Below, piece by piece: positions 37,640-51,266 of a DNA stretch of 64,000 nucleotides. Each line of letters begins with the position of its first letter. The stretch's first letter is position 1. The position numbers were made by a program, and so were the translations under genes. The stretch is from positions 21,888,001 to 21,952,000 of the forward strand of contig NC_058369.1 of NCBI RefSeq assembly GCF_018350175.1, written 5' to 3'. Under the pieces are notes generated by a model. It was given only the letters and a program-made list of their open reading frames with translations, did no database searches and was not told the origin of the DNA. Source of the DNA: Felis catus (taxonomy: Eukaryota).

Positions 37640-39468
37640 AACCACACTTGGGCCTTCTCCTGCTCTTTCTTCTTTCTCTCCTGGGCCATAGGTGCAAGCC
37701 TGGAGGGGGTCCCTGCACAGTTGTGGTGGGTGGTCTGGGGTCTAGGCTACCTGCTCATGTGGCTGGCTTGTGCTCTCTGGTCCTGCTCAGGCTCAGTCAC
37801 GATGTGCCATTTCTGTCTCCTGATGGACTGTTGCTGGGCATGTCCCACTTCAGGGCTTGGCAGGTCCTGCTAACCAGCTCGTTATGGACAGCTGTATGCT
37901 CTCTCGATTACCTCAGGGCCAAGCATTGTGTCTCTATCGGGGCCCCATCAGGGACTGTTTTCTGAAAGGCATAAAAACACTCCATCGCAGATGGCATGGC
38001 CTTGTTCCAGAATCCCAGGGGCCTGCGTTGTGATTCTCCTGCTGGGGCTTGCCAGAGGCTCCACAGTGCATCTTGTTTTCTACCGCTAACACCCCCAACT
38101 TGACAGGGTCTTACAGAGACTAAGGCCCACGTAGCAAGACAGGTCTGCTATATATGCTGCATAGACCTTTGCTGCTTTGGGCTCCATCCAGAGCTGGCAG
38201 CCTTCCATGTTACCTGGTGTGGGCTAGAGCAGGATTCCTGGGTGTGGGATGTGTTGCTTCCAGAACCCAGAGACGTCTACCCGGCACTGTATTTCTTCTT
38301 TGTGGTACGGACTGCAAGATACAGCCAGCTGCATGTTTGGTTTGGAAGGGATATTCTGGCATGCCCCTGACTGTTGGACCTCTAAAAACTTCAATGAGGT
38401 GGCAGGTCCCTGACGCTTCGTAGGGTTTATCTCCCACCCCCTGCCACACATGTGCTTTATCAAGACATCAGCCATACTAGCTAGCTACCTTTTGCTTGTC
38501 CTGTCTTTAATGGAATGGATCTGTGTGGTGTTCTGTGCAATGTCCAGGAAGCCAGACTATATCATGACAGAGGGCAGGAGAATTATCACAACCCTAAGGC
38601 AATATTGCTAATGAAATTATCATTGGTCCCATATGAATGCAGAATGAAAAAGAATGCATTTGCAAATCAAGTATATATCCTGTACTTGAGGCCTTATTCA
38701 TCTACTCTAGCATTAATACTATGCCCAGCACAGCAGCTACAATTGGGACTACTGTTCAGCTGAGCTTGTAGTCTGTAGGCATCTCTAGGATCTATTCGGT
38801 TTCTGCAGGGGCCAGACTGGTAAATTAAATGGAAACATGGTAAGTCTTATATTCTGTTGGTTTTTAATGATGGCACTAATCTCCATCTCCCCCAAGTAAT
38901 ATTGTTTTTGATTTACTCTCTTGGCTTGTGGGGGTTCAGTTTCAGAGTTTCCCCTTGGTCTTTTCCACTATGATAGCTCTTAGCCCACAGGCCAAGGATC
39001 CAATGTGGAGGTTCCTCCAACTGCCAAGTATATCAATTCAAATTATACATTCAGAGACTGGGGGAATGATTACTGGGTGAATCCATGGACCCATTGGACC
39101 CACTGTGAGTCAGACTATAACCAGGACTCTATTTATTACCTGGTGCCCCCAGGAGAGGGGTGTTACAATGATGCTTTGGGTCTCTAGGTATCAATATTAA
39201 CTCAGATTCTGTGTCAAATAGTTCTCAAAAAGTCTGGGAGTTTCCTTATCTCCACTCAGTAATAACATGAGTAACTGGCCGTAGGTCCTTTGGAGAACTG
39301 GGGAATCATTATAGTATGCACTATAGTGCACATACATATAGCTATGCCATTATGAGTCTGATTGCCCTGTGCACCTCACCTCTTTTAGGCAGTGGGTTCC
39401 AGATCTAGAACTTGCCATGAGTCTTGGAACTGAGAAGGGAAAGTGACTTTTTTTTAATATTTATTTTT

Positions 39469-39505
<37 letters not shown>

Positions 39506-40215
39506 GAAGCGTGAGCTGAGGAGGAGCAGAGAGAGAGGGAGACACAGAATCTGAAGCAGGCTCCAGGCTCTGAGTTGTCAGACAGAGCCTGATGTGGGGC
39601 TCAAACCCACAACCTGTGAGAGCATGACCTGAGCCAAAGTCAGAGGCTTAACCGACTAAGCCACCCAGGTGCCCCAGGGAAAGTGACTTTTAAAGAGGTA
39701 ACCACTTTCAGCCTCTTGTTCCTACATTTTTGCTTTTTTTTTTCTTATAGATGTTGAATTAAGTAATACTCTTGCTTATCTATTTTACCCCTAGGAACTC
39801 TGTGCCCTATTAACCATCTCCAAATGCTATGTGTGCCAGGCCCCCTTGACTGCCTCCCAGGCCCCTGTTACTTTGGGCCCCATCTTCCCATGGATATTAG
39901 TGAAACCAGCTCTGTGATTGCTGTTTCTATCATGAGCTTGGCTGAAGAGGAGAGCTGCCACTCAACTTCTTAGTGATGCCAGGTGGATGGGGACTCCTCA
40001 AGCCAAAGATGCCTGATGGAGGAGTCTGCATCTTGCTGGGATGAGCCTGCCTTACTTCCCCTGCTGTGCTCAGTCATCAGTGGGGAGCAGCCAGCAGAAG
40101 CCTGGCACAAATGTGGTGGCAAATCTAGAGCAGGAGCAGCTGGGGCCATCAGTTGCTTATGCTCTCTGCAGCAGGGGACATGAGCTGGGTTTTCCAGGGG
40201 GCAGTGCAGCCTCAC
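37640..40215 (-). mobile_element. ERV-L internal relic (gag-pro-RT-RNaseH) with LTR16A/B-like 5' LTR at about 39960-40215
   Basis: Peptide LIKHMCGRGWEINPTKRQGPATSLKFLEVQQSGACQNIPSK (38224-38475) matches recalled ERV-L RT; LTR revcomp ggctgctccccactgatgactgagcacagcagggg. Confidence 0.8.
39448..39675 (-). mobile_element. CanSINE inside ERV-L
   Basis: TSD agggaaagtgactttt. Confidence 0.95.
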
Positions 40216-40311
40216 TCAGGGACACATCAGGAGTGGAGAAGGCCTCTATCTAGCTCATAACATGGTAAAAGGAAGGAACAATTGTACAAAGGTCACTAGG
40301 CACAGTTTCTG

Positions 40312-40486
40312 TTTTTTTTTTTTTTTTTTTTTTTTTAAACAGGGGCAGAGGGGTGGGGACAGAGGATCTGAAGCAGGCTCTGTGCTGACAGCACAGAGCC
40401 CAATGCGGGGCTCAAACTCACAAATGTGAGATCATGACCTGAGCCAAAGGTAGACGCTTAACCAACTGAGCCACCCAGGCATCCCC
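40312..40486 (-). mobile_element. CanSINE with poly-T tail
   Basis: TSD ttctgttttttttt. Confidence 0.93.
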
Positions 40487-40559
40487 AATTCTGTTTTTTT
40501 TTCTCCCCCTAAAATACTTCAGGAAACTTCACCTTCAAATATTAATTCTTCTCTGTGCC

Positions 40560-41055
40560 CAACACTGTCTAACTTCAGAACATCTTCATCACCCCAAAAA
40601 GAAACTCTGTACCCATTAGCAGTCACTCCACATTCTTCCCTCTCACCTGGTTCCCAGCAACCACAAATCTACTTTCTGCCTCTATGGATTTGTCCATTCT
40701 GAATATTTTATGTAAATGGAATCATACAATATATGGTCTTTTGTGTCTGACTTCTTTCCCTGAGCATATTTTCAAGATTCATCTATGTCATTGTATCAGC
40801 ACTTCATTTCTTTTAATGGTTACATGATAGTCTTTTGTATGGATGTACCAGTTTGGTTTATCCATTTACAGGTTGGTAGACAATGTGGGTTGTTTCCACT
40901 TTTTGGCAATCATGAGTAACTCTGTTCTGAATATTTGGGTACATGTTTTTGTGTGAATGGATGTTTCAGTTCTCTTGGGTATAAGTGGATGGCTGGGTTG
41001 GAGATAACTCTATGTTTAATTTTCTGAAGAACTGCCAAGCTGTTTTCCAAAGTTT
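40560..41055 (-). mobile_element. Old L1 (L1MB-like) 3' UTR/ORF2 end
   Basis: catcaccccaaaaagaaactctgtacccattagcagtcactcc..gaagaactgccaagctgttttccaaag. Confidence 0.82.
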
Positions 41056-42880
41056 TTATAGGCATTTTGGAAGACACAAAAGAGAAGATAATCCCTCATT
41101 CCAAAAAGCCTACAATTTACAGTAGATGGGGAGAGGAGATTAACGTTCATACGTTGAAAGTATAATTATAATATAGCTTATGAAAAAGAACCAAACCACA
41201 TAACTCTAAATTAACAGTGGATCTACGGTCATGTACCCTTAGAGCCGGAAGAAAGGAGAGGGGCAGGGAATGATGAATGTGTGCTAAAATAGTTAGAGCT
41301 ATGCCCCCAAAGCCTATATTTCTACATCCTCTTCAACAAGACAGGATGGGATTATGGAGATAAAGGAGTGGCAACTGCTTGACCCTCTGGAAAGCCTGCC
41401 CTGTGTCAGAGAGGTCCTCTGCTTTCTTTGTTTACGGTATGTTACATTTTAAGATAAGAATCTGGTATGGTGGACATAGTTTGAAACTATGTTTTAGATA
41501 TTTTCTCCAAAAGTGAACATAAATTTGAGTAGAACTATTCCCATTCTCCGATCTGGTCTCCCTTGTGACATTTGTTGTCTGTCTTGTTGGGGTTACAGTT
41601 ACGATCCGTGGCCAGCAGCAGCGGGAAAGCAACCAGTTCCCAGAGGAAATGAACCCTGAACTCTGCACTCAGGGCCACAGAAAGAAGCATCTTGGGGGCA
41701 TTTTCTATTTTGGGCTAAAACAATATTGCAGCATGAATAATCATCCACACTGCTTCCTTCAGGCGACTTCTTAATGGATGGAGTCAACTACTTTCCATTT
41801 TCCATCCATTTATCTTGCAGAGACCATATGTGTGATAGGATGGAAGTTATTCCCACTCAATTATTCTGAGATACTTCCTAAGTAAAACTGACATCACCTT
41901 TGGTCCGTCTCACTTCGATGTTTGTGGGCAATCTTCTACTCTCTGAACTTGGTAATTCTGTTCTCAGCGACCGGAGCTGGCCACCCTTCTTGGAGAAATC
42001 AGCCACCCACATAGCCCTTGAAGACCGCTCACCGCACACTCACCTGAAATTGCTCACCCAGTTTGTCCTTCACAGAGAGATTTGTTTTGAGCTTTAAACA
42101 CCCTCCTTTCTGAGTTTCCTCACCTTATTACAAGGCTGACATTCATTCTGAATGTTAAGTAAGGAAATCTAGGGAGCGGGAGAGAAGGAAGATTTTGTTT
42201 GTGCGCCACAGAGCATGTTCTGTTTCCCATTTTGAAGGAGTTGAGACTTGATAATGGACCAGTTCCTTCCACTTGTTCATATTCTCATTTTTTAGTATTA
42301 CAACTCCCCCCCCCCCTGCAATTGCATGGTGAATCTGTCTTTATTTTCTCCATGACTAAACACTGCATTTTCCAGCACTTAACAAGTCATTGTTCTGAAA
42401 AATTGGTTTCAGATCAGACCCTGCTTCCTAATGAGGCAATGACTTAGTTGGCAATACATTTTTTTCCCCTGGACTATAAACAGCAGCAGACATGAAAAAA
42501 AGCACAAAAGATGGATGAGAAATAACATTATGCAATTGCCCCTCTCCAGAAGGGTCTGTGAGTAAGAAAAGATTATGGAAGGCTCAGATCTTTGATTGAA
42601 ATTCTATTATTCAGCAAATGCTAATTAAACAATTACTGTATGACTAGCCCTGGACATTGTTTGCTGAAGACCCAAGGAAAGGAGAGTTGCTACAATCCAA
42701 TCTGGGAGGCAAGATTTTAATCTTGTTATTTCTGTGCTTCTTTCCTATTTCCTATCACATTAATGCTGGACTCTTCTCTTTCTTGGACATCTTCTGTAAT
42801 CTGTGATTCACCTGCTCTTATAACTTTACCTCCCATTTTCTTTCCCAAAAGGAGCTCCTAATATCTGTCTAGTCTTAAAA

Positions 42881-43108
42881 TTTTTTTTAAAAAATGTTTA
42901 TTTTTGAGAAAGAGAGAGAAAGACAGACAGACAAGACAGAGTGTGAGCGGGGGAGGGTCAGAGAGAGAGGGAGACACAGAATCCAAAGCAGGCTCCGGGC
43001 TCTGAGCTGTCAGCACAGAGCCCGACACAGGGCCCAAACCCACCAACAGCGAGATCATGACCTGAGCCGAAGTTGGATACGTAACCAACTGAGCTGCCCA
43101 GGCGCCCC
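42881..43108 (-). mobile_element. CanSINE
   Basis: TSD tgt(c/g)tagtctt. Confidence 0.95.
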
Positions 43109-44536
43109 TGTGTAGTCTTCTGATGGGCCATTTTCATTGGCTTTCGCTCGTTCCTTTCCATCTCCCTTATTCCAAACCCCAAACTTTCCATATTTCAGAG
43201 TCTGATTCAGGTTCTACTTCTTTGGAGGCTTCCCCAGTCACTATAGCATTTACTGATCATTTTACTCTATTTTCTCAACACTATAGCATGGATCTATGGG
43301 AAATACTTTGGTGCTCGCTTATAAATTATTATGCATTGTTCAATAGTTCCAAGTGCCCAATGAAAATTTCTTTGCGTTGAGAAATTATCTTATGTTGTTT
43401 TCCTCTCTCAGAACACTTAACATTCATCTATCACATCCACAATATTTTTTCTGTATCAGGCCTAGTTCAAGGTACTGAAGATACAGTAAGATGAGACAAA
43501 GTTCATGCCCACATGGATCTTGCACTCTAGTGGGGAAGACAGACAATAAATAGACCAAATAGGTGATCTAACACCAGGTAGTGGTAATTGATGAGCACAG
43601 TGTTGAAGACATGTAAGTTCTGAATAAATTACTCATGTGGGGAACAAATGTGGACCCATGGGAGAATAGCATATAAACAATCTGGTGCAAATTCTTTGTA
43701 TTTGTGAAGGATCTGTGGTATCATCTTGGGCATTTAACTTTGCTCAGTTTCTTCATCTCTAACATATCTATCATATTACTTTCCTCCAAACCTAGCTATT
43801 GGGGAGCTGAATCAGGTCATGTCTATAGGTTGTACTGATTCTTGAAGATAGCCACCATGCTCATGTTCTACAACATGTACACACATAACCACACTGAACA
43901 TAATATTACTATCCCCTTCCACACTCCAGTGATCATACTTAGTCACCTGCATAATTCACTGGTCTACCTGGTGTTGAAAACCCTGCCTCTGATAACTATT
44001 GTCCATTTTGATTCATACTGGATTGAAAGGACTTTAGAATCCACCTCGTTCACTCCCGCACATTGTAGGTGGGGAAATTGAGCCCAAAATGTATACGTGT
44101 CATGCTCCCAAAACCATCTAGTAATTTAATGACAGAATCAGGACTAAGAAACTGAGCTTCAGCTACTTTCATCCTGCCTCCACCCTACTGTGATTTCATC
44201 ATCTAATCTGAAACAGATCTTCCTTGACCCATACAGGCTGCAAGGCCAGTGTTAGGGACTATTGTATTTCCTGATGTGAGACTATTTTTCCACCAAATAG
44301 TGTGCTCTGAAAGCCCACCGTATTCAAGGGTCTATTCCTACTGTGTACTGTACTCCCTAGCACATGGATGTATCCAGCAAATGTTGGATGAATGAAGGTA
44401 TTAGTGAATAATTTAAGTATGTCTTATTTTTGCGAGAAATACATTTCTAAAAAGTGATATGCAAAATGAACTTCAGCAAATAGAATATGACTTTATTCTT
44501 GATTCCTATTTGGAGAAGAAAGATGACTATCCTTAT

Positions 44537-44740
44537 TTTTTTAAAACTGTTTATTTATTTTTGAGAGAGAGAGCATGAGCAGAAGAGGGGTAGAGAGAGA
44601 AAGGGGGACACAGGGTCCTAAGAGGGCTCCCTGCTGACAGCAGTGAGCTCAATGAGGGGCTTGAACGCACGAACTGAACTGTGAGATCATAACCTGAGCC
44701 GAAGTTGGATGCTCAACTGACTGAGCCACCCAGGCACCCC
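44537..44740 (-). mobile_element. CanSINE
   Basis: Ends gagccacccaggcacccc. Confidence 0.93.
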
Positions 44741-45049
44741 AATATTGAATTTTCTTAAAGCTAGCTCCACCTTTGGTGTGCACACATATGTGTGCGTGCG
44801 TGTGTGTGTGTGTGTGTGTGTTCGCATATTGAAAACCCAAGCTTGGGTTGGAGTAGCCGAGAGTGAGGAAGAGGGAAGAAGTAGAAGCCACATCTCAGAA
44901 TAGGTGGTGTCAGTGTTAAAGGCTGACAAGGGAGAGAGAGGGCTAGGAGGTAGTCTGAGTCACACTGGAGAGAGCCTTGAGTGCCAGAACGGGGAGAGAG
45001 GAGACTGCATTGATTTTGGTAAGTCTTTGAAGATTTTTAACAGTTTATA

Positions 45050-45530
45050 ATAACTTCAATCTGCCCTCCACTGGTCTTTCTGGCCTCATTTTGTGCCCAT
45101 CCCTACTCATAGGCACATACCCACCAAAATAATGATCTACCTGCAGGTTACCAAACTCTCCCTGTTCTAATGGCACCTGTATCTTCCTTTTCTCTCCCAT
45201 CCCTTTATTTACAATGAACTCTAACTTGTTCTTGAGGTTTCTTCTATCATTTCTTCTAGAAGTCTTTCCTGTCCCCTACTAATGAAGTTGGGCACAGGTC
45301 CTGTGTGTCTCTGGCCCCCATGGTTACCTTGTCATTCCACCTACCACTCTGAACTATAATACTTGCTGAATTTTCTGTGTTCATGTCCAGTGTCCATGTC
45401 CGTGTCCATGTCCAGTAAGCTCCTTTAAGGGGGACTGTGACATGCTTGCCACTGTATTCCCATTGCCTGGCACATATGGCGTAAGTATTTGATGCATGAA
45501 TGAAAGAGAATGAGCAAATCAATGCATGGA
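45050..45530 (+). mobile_element. L2 3' fragment
   Basis: gtaagctcctttaagggggactgtg..tgcctggcacatatggcgtaagtatttgatgcatgaatgaa. Confidence 0.6.
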
Positions 45531-46805
45531 TGGAAACGTATTTGCTGATGACTCTAAGGACATTCCTGGCAAGGCAAATGAAGAAAAGAGAAGTTAGACA
45601 GTTTCTATGGTAATCTGGGTAAAAAAGAATGAGTCATAAACTAGTAGCAGAAAGAGTACAAAATGGGGACATAAATTTCAGAGGAGATCTACCAACTGAT
45701 TGAGTGTACAAAGTAAGGAACCAGAAATGGTTTAAATGCCCTTGAGGTTTGGAGCTTATAAGAATAGTGGCACCCTGAGTGGAATGATAGAAATCAGAAG
45801 AAGAAAGGGCTGGTTTGGGGTGGTAGTGGTGGAAAGATATGAGTTTGGTTGTAGACATGCTACTTGGGATACTACAGAATACCAGAGCCATGCATGTTCG
45901 TATTACTTACTAAAGCTAATTTTATAGCTAATTTTCCCAATTCATGAAAATGTATCAGAATTAAGCTACTCATGACTGAATGGCAGATCTGGCCTCTTTA
46001 TCCTCATCATTAATCCTTGGATTGTTTGAAAGACCCCACTTTTCCTTTTCAGTTTGGATTTCTAGGTTACTTGAGAAAATCACCTGGTTTTCACACTTCC
46101 ATCTAGGCAAGGTCCTGTACACCCAGGAAATTAATGTCTTGAGCTTGACTCAAAGTAGTTGGAATTAAGCCCATTTACATGAGAGTCCTGTCAAGTTTCA
46201 TGACAATGGCAACTCTTCTAGGACAGTCCCTATGACTAGTGATAGTTCCTCCCTTCCTGCAACCTGGGTCAGACATGGGCTGAGACTCTGCATAGGTGGA
46301 ATGCACTAGTCACAGCGCTGCCACTGCCAGGTCAGATGGCAAATGAAATGTCCTTTCTGGTAGGATTCCTCTCAGGATTGGCATTTAGCAAAAAAGAATG
46401 CCACTGAGGAAGTTTGTCTTTGGCTTTTTTTGTCACTGTTTTTCTCCATGTCCTTTCGTAATAGATCTTTCCTGCTTTGATAGTCTTCCCAGTGTCTGGA
46501 AGCTTCTCTAAACTTCGGGTCTCTTGAAAACAATAAGGTCATACCATTCAAACTTAGGTGTTAACGTTGGACTATAACATTTTATCTCCCTTCTCTGTGA
46601 CATTCCTATCTTAATAGGGGTCAGATTCTTAGTAATGTCTGATGACGTTGGAAAGTTGGTTGGTCTAATGGTATGGCCCCCGAAGGTACAGAGGGGTCCT
46701 GGGTTCTGGTCCTAGTACTGTTCTTGACAGACTCTGTAGCCTGGACCAATTGAATGGATAGAGCCTCAGTTTCTTTATTTACAAAATGAGGCAGTTAAAC
46801 ATCAT

Positions 46806-47607
46806 CAGTGGTTTTCAGCCATAGCAACCGTATCAGTGTTTCCTTTTGTTGGTAGCTCCCCTTTTACTATTCTGAAATGAAATCCAGAGATGAGTTACTT
46901 ATACACATAATTTAAAAATCAATACAGTGCCTTTACTGTAATAGAGAAAGACATAAAAGGAAAGTATTTCTATAAAACAATATGAATTTCAATATGTAAA
47001 TGCTCAGGCCCACCCACACCAGAAGACATACTAGTTAGATGTTTGCAGCTATATGTAGAATCATAAATGTGACAGTTGAACATGCTATAGCTAGGAGTGT
47101 GTGGTCCTGGCCCTCGTATGTCATTTTTATTGGCTATCAAATACACCTAGTGGTATTGCTGTCAGTGATGTGATTTTCTGAAATGGTGAACATTTCTTGG
47201 TAAAGTTCCAAACAAAATAAACTATGATCTTCTCTTCTTGGTTGCTTATCTTAAAAAAAAAAAATTGGTGTGTATTTAAAAGGGGAAAAAATACCATGTA
47301 CTTATATGTAGAAAGGAATTTTGTTCCAGGCTCAGATAATTAAATACATATTTTTTACTTATGTAATTGACCGGCTGGACATTGGGAAGTCAAAGGGGGA
47401 AGTGAGACAATGCTCTGCGGAGGGAGGGACTTTTCCACATCGCAGGCTGTTGAATGTCCCTCACCACCACCACCCACCAAACGCTAGTGGGTTCCCTCCA
47501 AATTATTAGAATAACAAAAACACCCACCACAATTTCCAAAACAAACTCTAGTGGGGAGAGGCATGAGTGGATGCAGTGGGCAGCGCTGCCTCCCCTAAGA
47601 ATTACTG
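46806..47607 (-). mobile_element. hAT-Charlie element (MER20B-like)
   Basis: Termini cagtggttttc / revcomp cagtaattctt; MER20-like end (acaaaaacacccaccacaatttccaaaac..ctagtgggg). Confidence 0.62.
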
Positions 47608-48481
47608 AACCGGATGATATTCTGTGTCGGGTTGACCAGGGCCAGGCCCAGTTATTGTGGGGCACAAAACTTATTCATTACTGGGGAGGGGGAGCCCCTT
47701 CTTTAAACAAAGACTCAAAATTCCAAATACAAAATTAGGTAGGAACATGAATTTATTTACAACGAGAAAAAAATAACAAAGTACAGGCATTTTTCATGCT
47801 GGTAAGTACCACAAACATCTCAAACCTCTAGTATTTTTTAAATTAATAACTGCCTGACATGCCTCTATAATACTTTTTTCCCTACATTTTTGGCACTATA
47901 CCCTGAATATCATTTGCTGTAGACGCAAGGAAGGATGGTTCAATCTTTCCTTTAACATAATTGATCATATTTTGTTTCTATTAGTGACCATTTAGAAAAG
48001 CTTCTTTTGGCTTCACAGATTTTTGTTTGGTTATCATGTAAATTTTTAGGGTTGTTATCAAATTTGGGAAAACTTCTCATTTCTTTTATATCTAAGCTGT
48101 AAGAGAAACACATTTTTTTTTTGTACAGTACCAATCATAAGCACTGTTTAAATTGACAAATACTCATTAACCAGTTTGTCACTGATATTCTGTTAGTAGC
48201 TTAATATTCATTTATATTATCTTCATTAAAGTCAGCATTTCATGTCAAGTCAGCAAGAAATTAAGGGCAAGGATTCCAATAAATTCTATTTTCTGTGATT
48301 CTCTCCAAAAAGGAAAATAGTGGTGTTTTTATATTGGCATTTGTCTTATTATCAAGTATATTTCTTTTAGAAGAGGGCTTCCCTTTTGACTTGGCATTGA
48401 TGAAAACTTTACCCTTCATTCACAACTTTACATGTTCAGCGATGGGAAGAATTTTCCATAGACAGGCATCTAGTGATGCAC

Positions 48482-48703
48482 ATTTATTTATTTTTATTTT
48501 TATGTTTAACTTTATTTATTTGTTTTGAGAGAGAGCAAGGGAGGGGCAGAGAGAGAGAGAGAGAGAGAGAGAATCCCAAGCAGGCTATGTGCTGCAAGCA
48601 CAGAGCCTGATGTTGCGGGACTCGAACCTATGAACCATGAAATGATGACCAGGGCTGAGATCAAGAGTCAGATGCTTAACTGACTGAGCTACCCAGGTGC
48701 CCC
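48482..48703 (-). mobile_element. CanSINE
   Basis: Flanked by ctagtgatg repeat. Confidence 0.94.
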
Positions 48704-49149
48704 TAGTGATGTGTATTTTGAACCATGTTTCCCCTCTATCTTTCATATGTTTCTGGTGCTGTAGCACATGCTCATATCATGCCATGGCCTTAGCTCTGCT
48801 CCTTCATGCCATGATAGATACCAGGTAAGTCAGCAGAGTGGATGATAACATTCCTAGAAGTCTTTCCTAGCTTGGAGGTGAAAGCAAAAATTTACCTCTC
48901 TTCAGAAATTATTCTGACCCACACAAATATTTCCCAGCAACACAAAACTAAATGTATCTACAGTTCAGCTTTCCCCTATCCAGATTCCCAAAATGACTCA
49001 TTGTCTAATGGTACTCATCTCTGGAAGAAGTGTGATAGAAAGGAAGTCAGAGCATAAAGAGAAAATTCTTAACAACTATGGTTGAAATATTTTACTTCTG
49101 CACATGGTCTTTGAAAAATATATTTTTTAATATTAAAAAATTATAATTT

Positions 49150-49163
49150 TATTAAAAAATTTT

Positions 49164-49197
<34 letters not shown>

Positions 49198-49362
49198 CAC
49201 GAGCAGGGGAGGGGCAGAGAGAGGGAGGCACAGAATCCAAAGCAGGCTCCAGGCTCTAAGCTGTCAGTAGACATCCCTGTACAGGGCTCCAATTCAGGAA
49301 CTGTGAGATCATGATCTGAGCCAAAGTCAGATGCTTAACTGACTGAGCCACCCAGGCACCCC
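49150..49362 (-). mobile_element. CanSINE (tandem with next)
   Basis: Ends gagccacccaggcacccc. Confidence 0.94.
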
Positions 49363-49364
49363 TA

Positions 49365-49588
49365 TTTAAATTTTTTTTTAAGTTTATTTATTTATTTTGA
49401 GAGAGACAGAGATAGCACGAGTGGGGGAGGGGCAAAGAGCTAGGGAGAGAGAGAGAGAATCCCAAGCAGTCTCCATGCTAATAGTAGCAGAGCCTGACAT
49501 GGGGCTTGACTCATGGAACCATGAGATCATGACCTGAGCTGAAGCCAGGAATTGGATGCTTAACTGACTGAGCCACCCAGGTGCCTCC
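49365..49588 (-). mobile_element. CanSINE
   Basis: Ends gagccacccaggtgcc. Confidence 0.94.
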
Positions 49589-50992
49589 TTTTTTTTCTTT
49601 TTTCTTTAAAATTAAAAAAAATATTTTAAGTTTTAATATATTTCACATGAATGTATATTTGTGTGTGTTGGAAATGTACAGGTATATATACCTTGACACA
49701 TTGCTTATAGCCACTCCCAGGGCTTTGAAAAAGGCCTGTGCAAACAAGCTTCATTAGCTTCTTGACAATCTGACTCTGCCCAACTCCCTCTGATTCTTTG
49801 AATTAATCAGTAATTTTGAGGATGAGAGGAGCTGGGCAGTCTCACTTTCTATAACACATAGCATTTCCTCTATTTGTGATTAGACAGGATTTTCTTCTCT
49901 AATTACATAGCCTGTTGCATTTTTTTTCCTGTGACGTTGCCAAATTCTGGGTGATAAACCACTTAAATTTTTTGAAACTAATTCTGACTGCTGGCGAAAG
50001 AATAAATTAACATATTTAACAATTCAAGGAAGACAAATAGCAAAAACCAGTGGTCCCACGGCTTCTCCTAGTCCCAGAGGCAACCACCTTTACGTTTTTA
50101 AGCCATTTTTTCAAGTTTTCTTTATATTAGAAAAGCAATATTTACATGTCATGATGTCTTGGGTCATCGTTTTTGTCTTGGGTCATTGTTTTAGACATTA
50201 TTTATTGTCCTCATTCTAACAGATGCAAAGTTTAGCTTCGGTTTCAGGGTTTCTTTCCTGCAAACATCCCCCCTCCCCCACCCCCGAGAGCCTTCCACCC
50301 TTCCTTCTCAATCAGCATTGTCCTTCCCAGGACTGCAGAGCAGGGTGGTTTTCCTGTACCTTCTTTTTGCCACAATCCTGATGGGTCCTTTTTCCTTATA
50401 TCATCCTCTGTTCCAGCCCCCAATTCTTGGCTCTCCCATCTTTCTTTTTTCTTGGTATATGCCTTTATTTTGGTGAAATACGTTTGCCAGTAGCTTCTTG
50501 AAAAAGAGTATAGATGAGACAAAAATCTTTAGAAACTACAAACATTACGAGTGCATATTTTCCACTTCTGTGGAATTCTGGATAAAAAATAATTTCCTTG
50601 CACATCAGAATTCTGAAGGCATCGTTCCAGTGCTTTTCAGCTCCAGTGTTGCTATTGATAAGTCCGATACCACTGAATTTCCACTCCTTTGTAGGTAACC
50701 AGTTTCTTCTCACTGGATGTTTTAGTATCTTTTGTTTAACCCTACTGCTCTGAAAATGTATGATAGATAATTTGCCTTGCCTGTGTCAGTTTTCAGTCAT
50801 TGTGTTGGACACTTGGTCTATGGGCCCTTTTAGTCTGGAAGATTGTGCCCTTTAGGTCTTGGAAATTTCCCTGCTTTTTTTGTTTCTTCGTTTGTTGATA
50901 TATATTTTTTTGGTTGATAATTTCCTTCCTACTCCTTTGTTGTTGTTATTATTATTCTCTGTCTGGAGTTATTATTCAGAAATTGGACCTCC

Positions 50993-51107
50993 TGGGGGTA
51001 CCTGGGTGGCTCATTTGGATGACCATGTGACTCTTGATCTCAGGATTGTGAATTCGAGCCCAACGTTGGATGTGAAGATTACTTAAATAAACAAAACAAA
51101 ACAAAAA
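50993..51107 (+). mobile_element. Short older CanSINE
   Basis: gggggtacctgggtggctca..gactcttgatctcagg..(AAAAC)n tail; TSD agaaattggacctc. Confidence 0.88.
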
Positions 51108-51266
51108 GAAATTGGACCTCTTGGATTGTTCCTACTTTCCTTTTTTTTTTTCATTATTATAGTCCATTTCTTGGCCTTTTTTGTTTTACTTTTAATTTTA
51201 GGGAGATTTTCCTAGATTTCAAAATTTTTATGTATTTTTAACATAAAAAGGTTTTTTTTCATTCTT

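Larger units (their letters stand above)
47637..49778 (-). mobile_element. hAT-Tip100 (Zaphod/MER91-like) fossil with transposase remnant, interrupted by 3 SINEs
   Basis: - strand FPNLITTLKIY..(frameshift)..CEAKRSFSKWSLI at about 47960-48080 resembles the hAT C-terminal dimerisation motif (ERSFS); end motif gaagctaatgaagctt. Confidence 0.72.

Noticed and set aside
35650..37640. GC-richer unique stretch with several 60-137 aa ORFs
   Set aside because: No recognisable domains, no coherent exon structure and too few CpGs for a CpG island.
46305..46340. CTCF-like motif (revcomp cctggcagtggcagcgc)
   Set aside because: Core does not fit the CCASYAGRKGGC spacing; not supportable without a PWM scan.
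50155..50192. 19-bp tandem duplication (also short ones near 19277, 35710 and 53466)
   Set aside because: Ordinary local slippage duplications with no sign of function.
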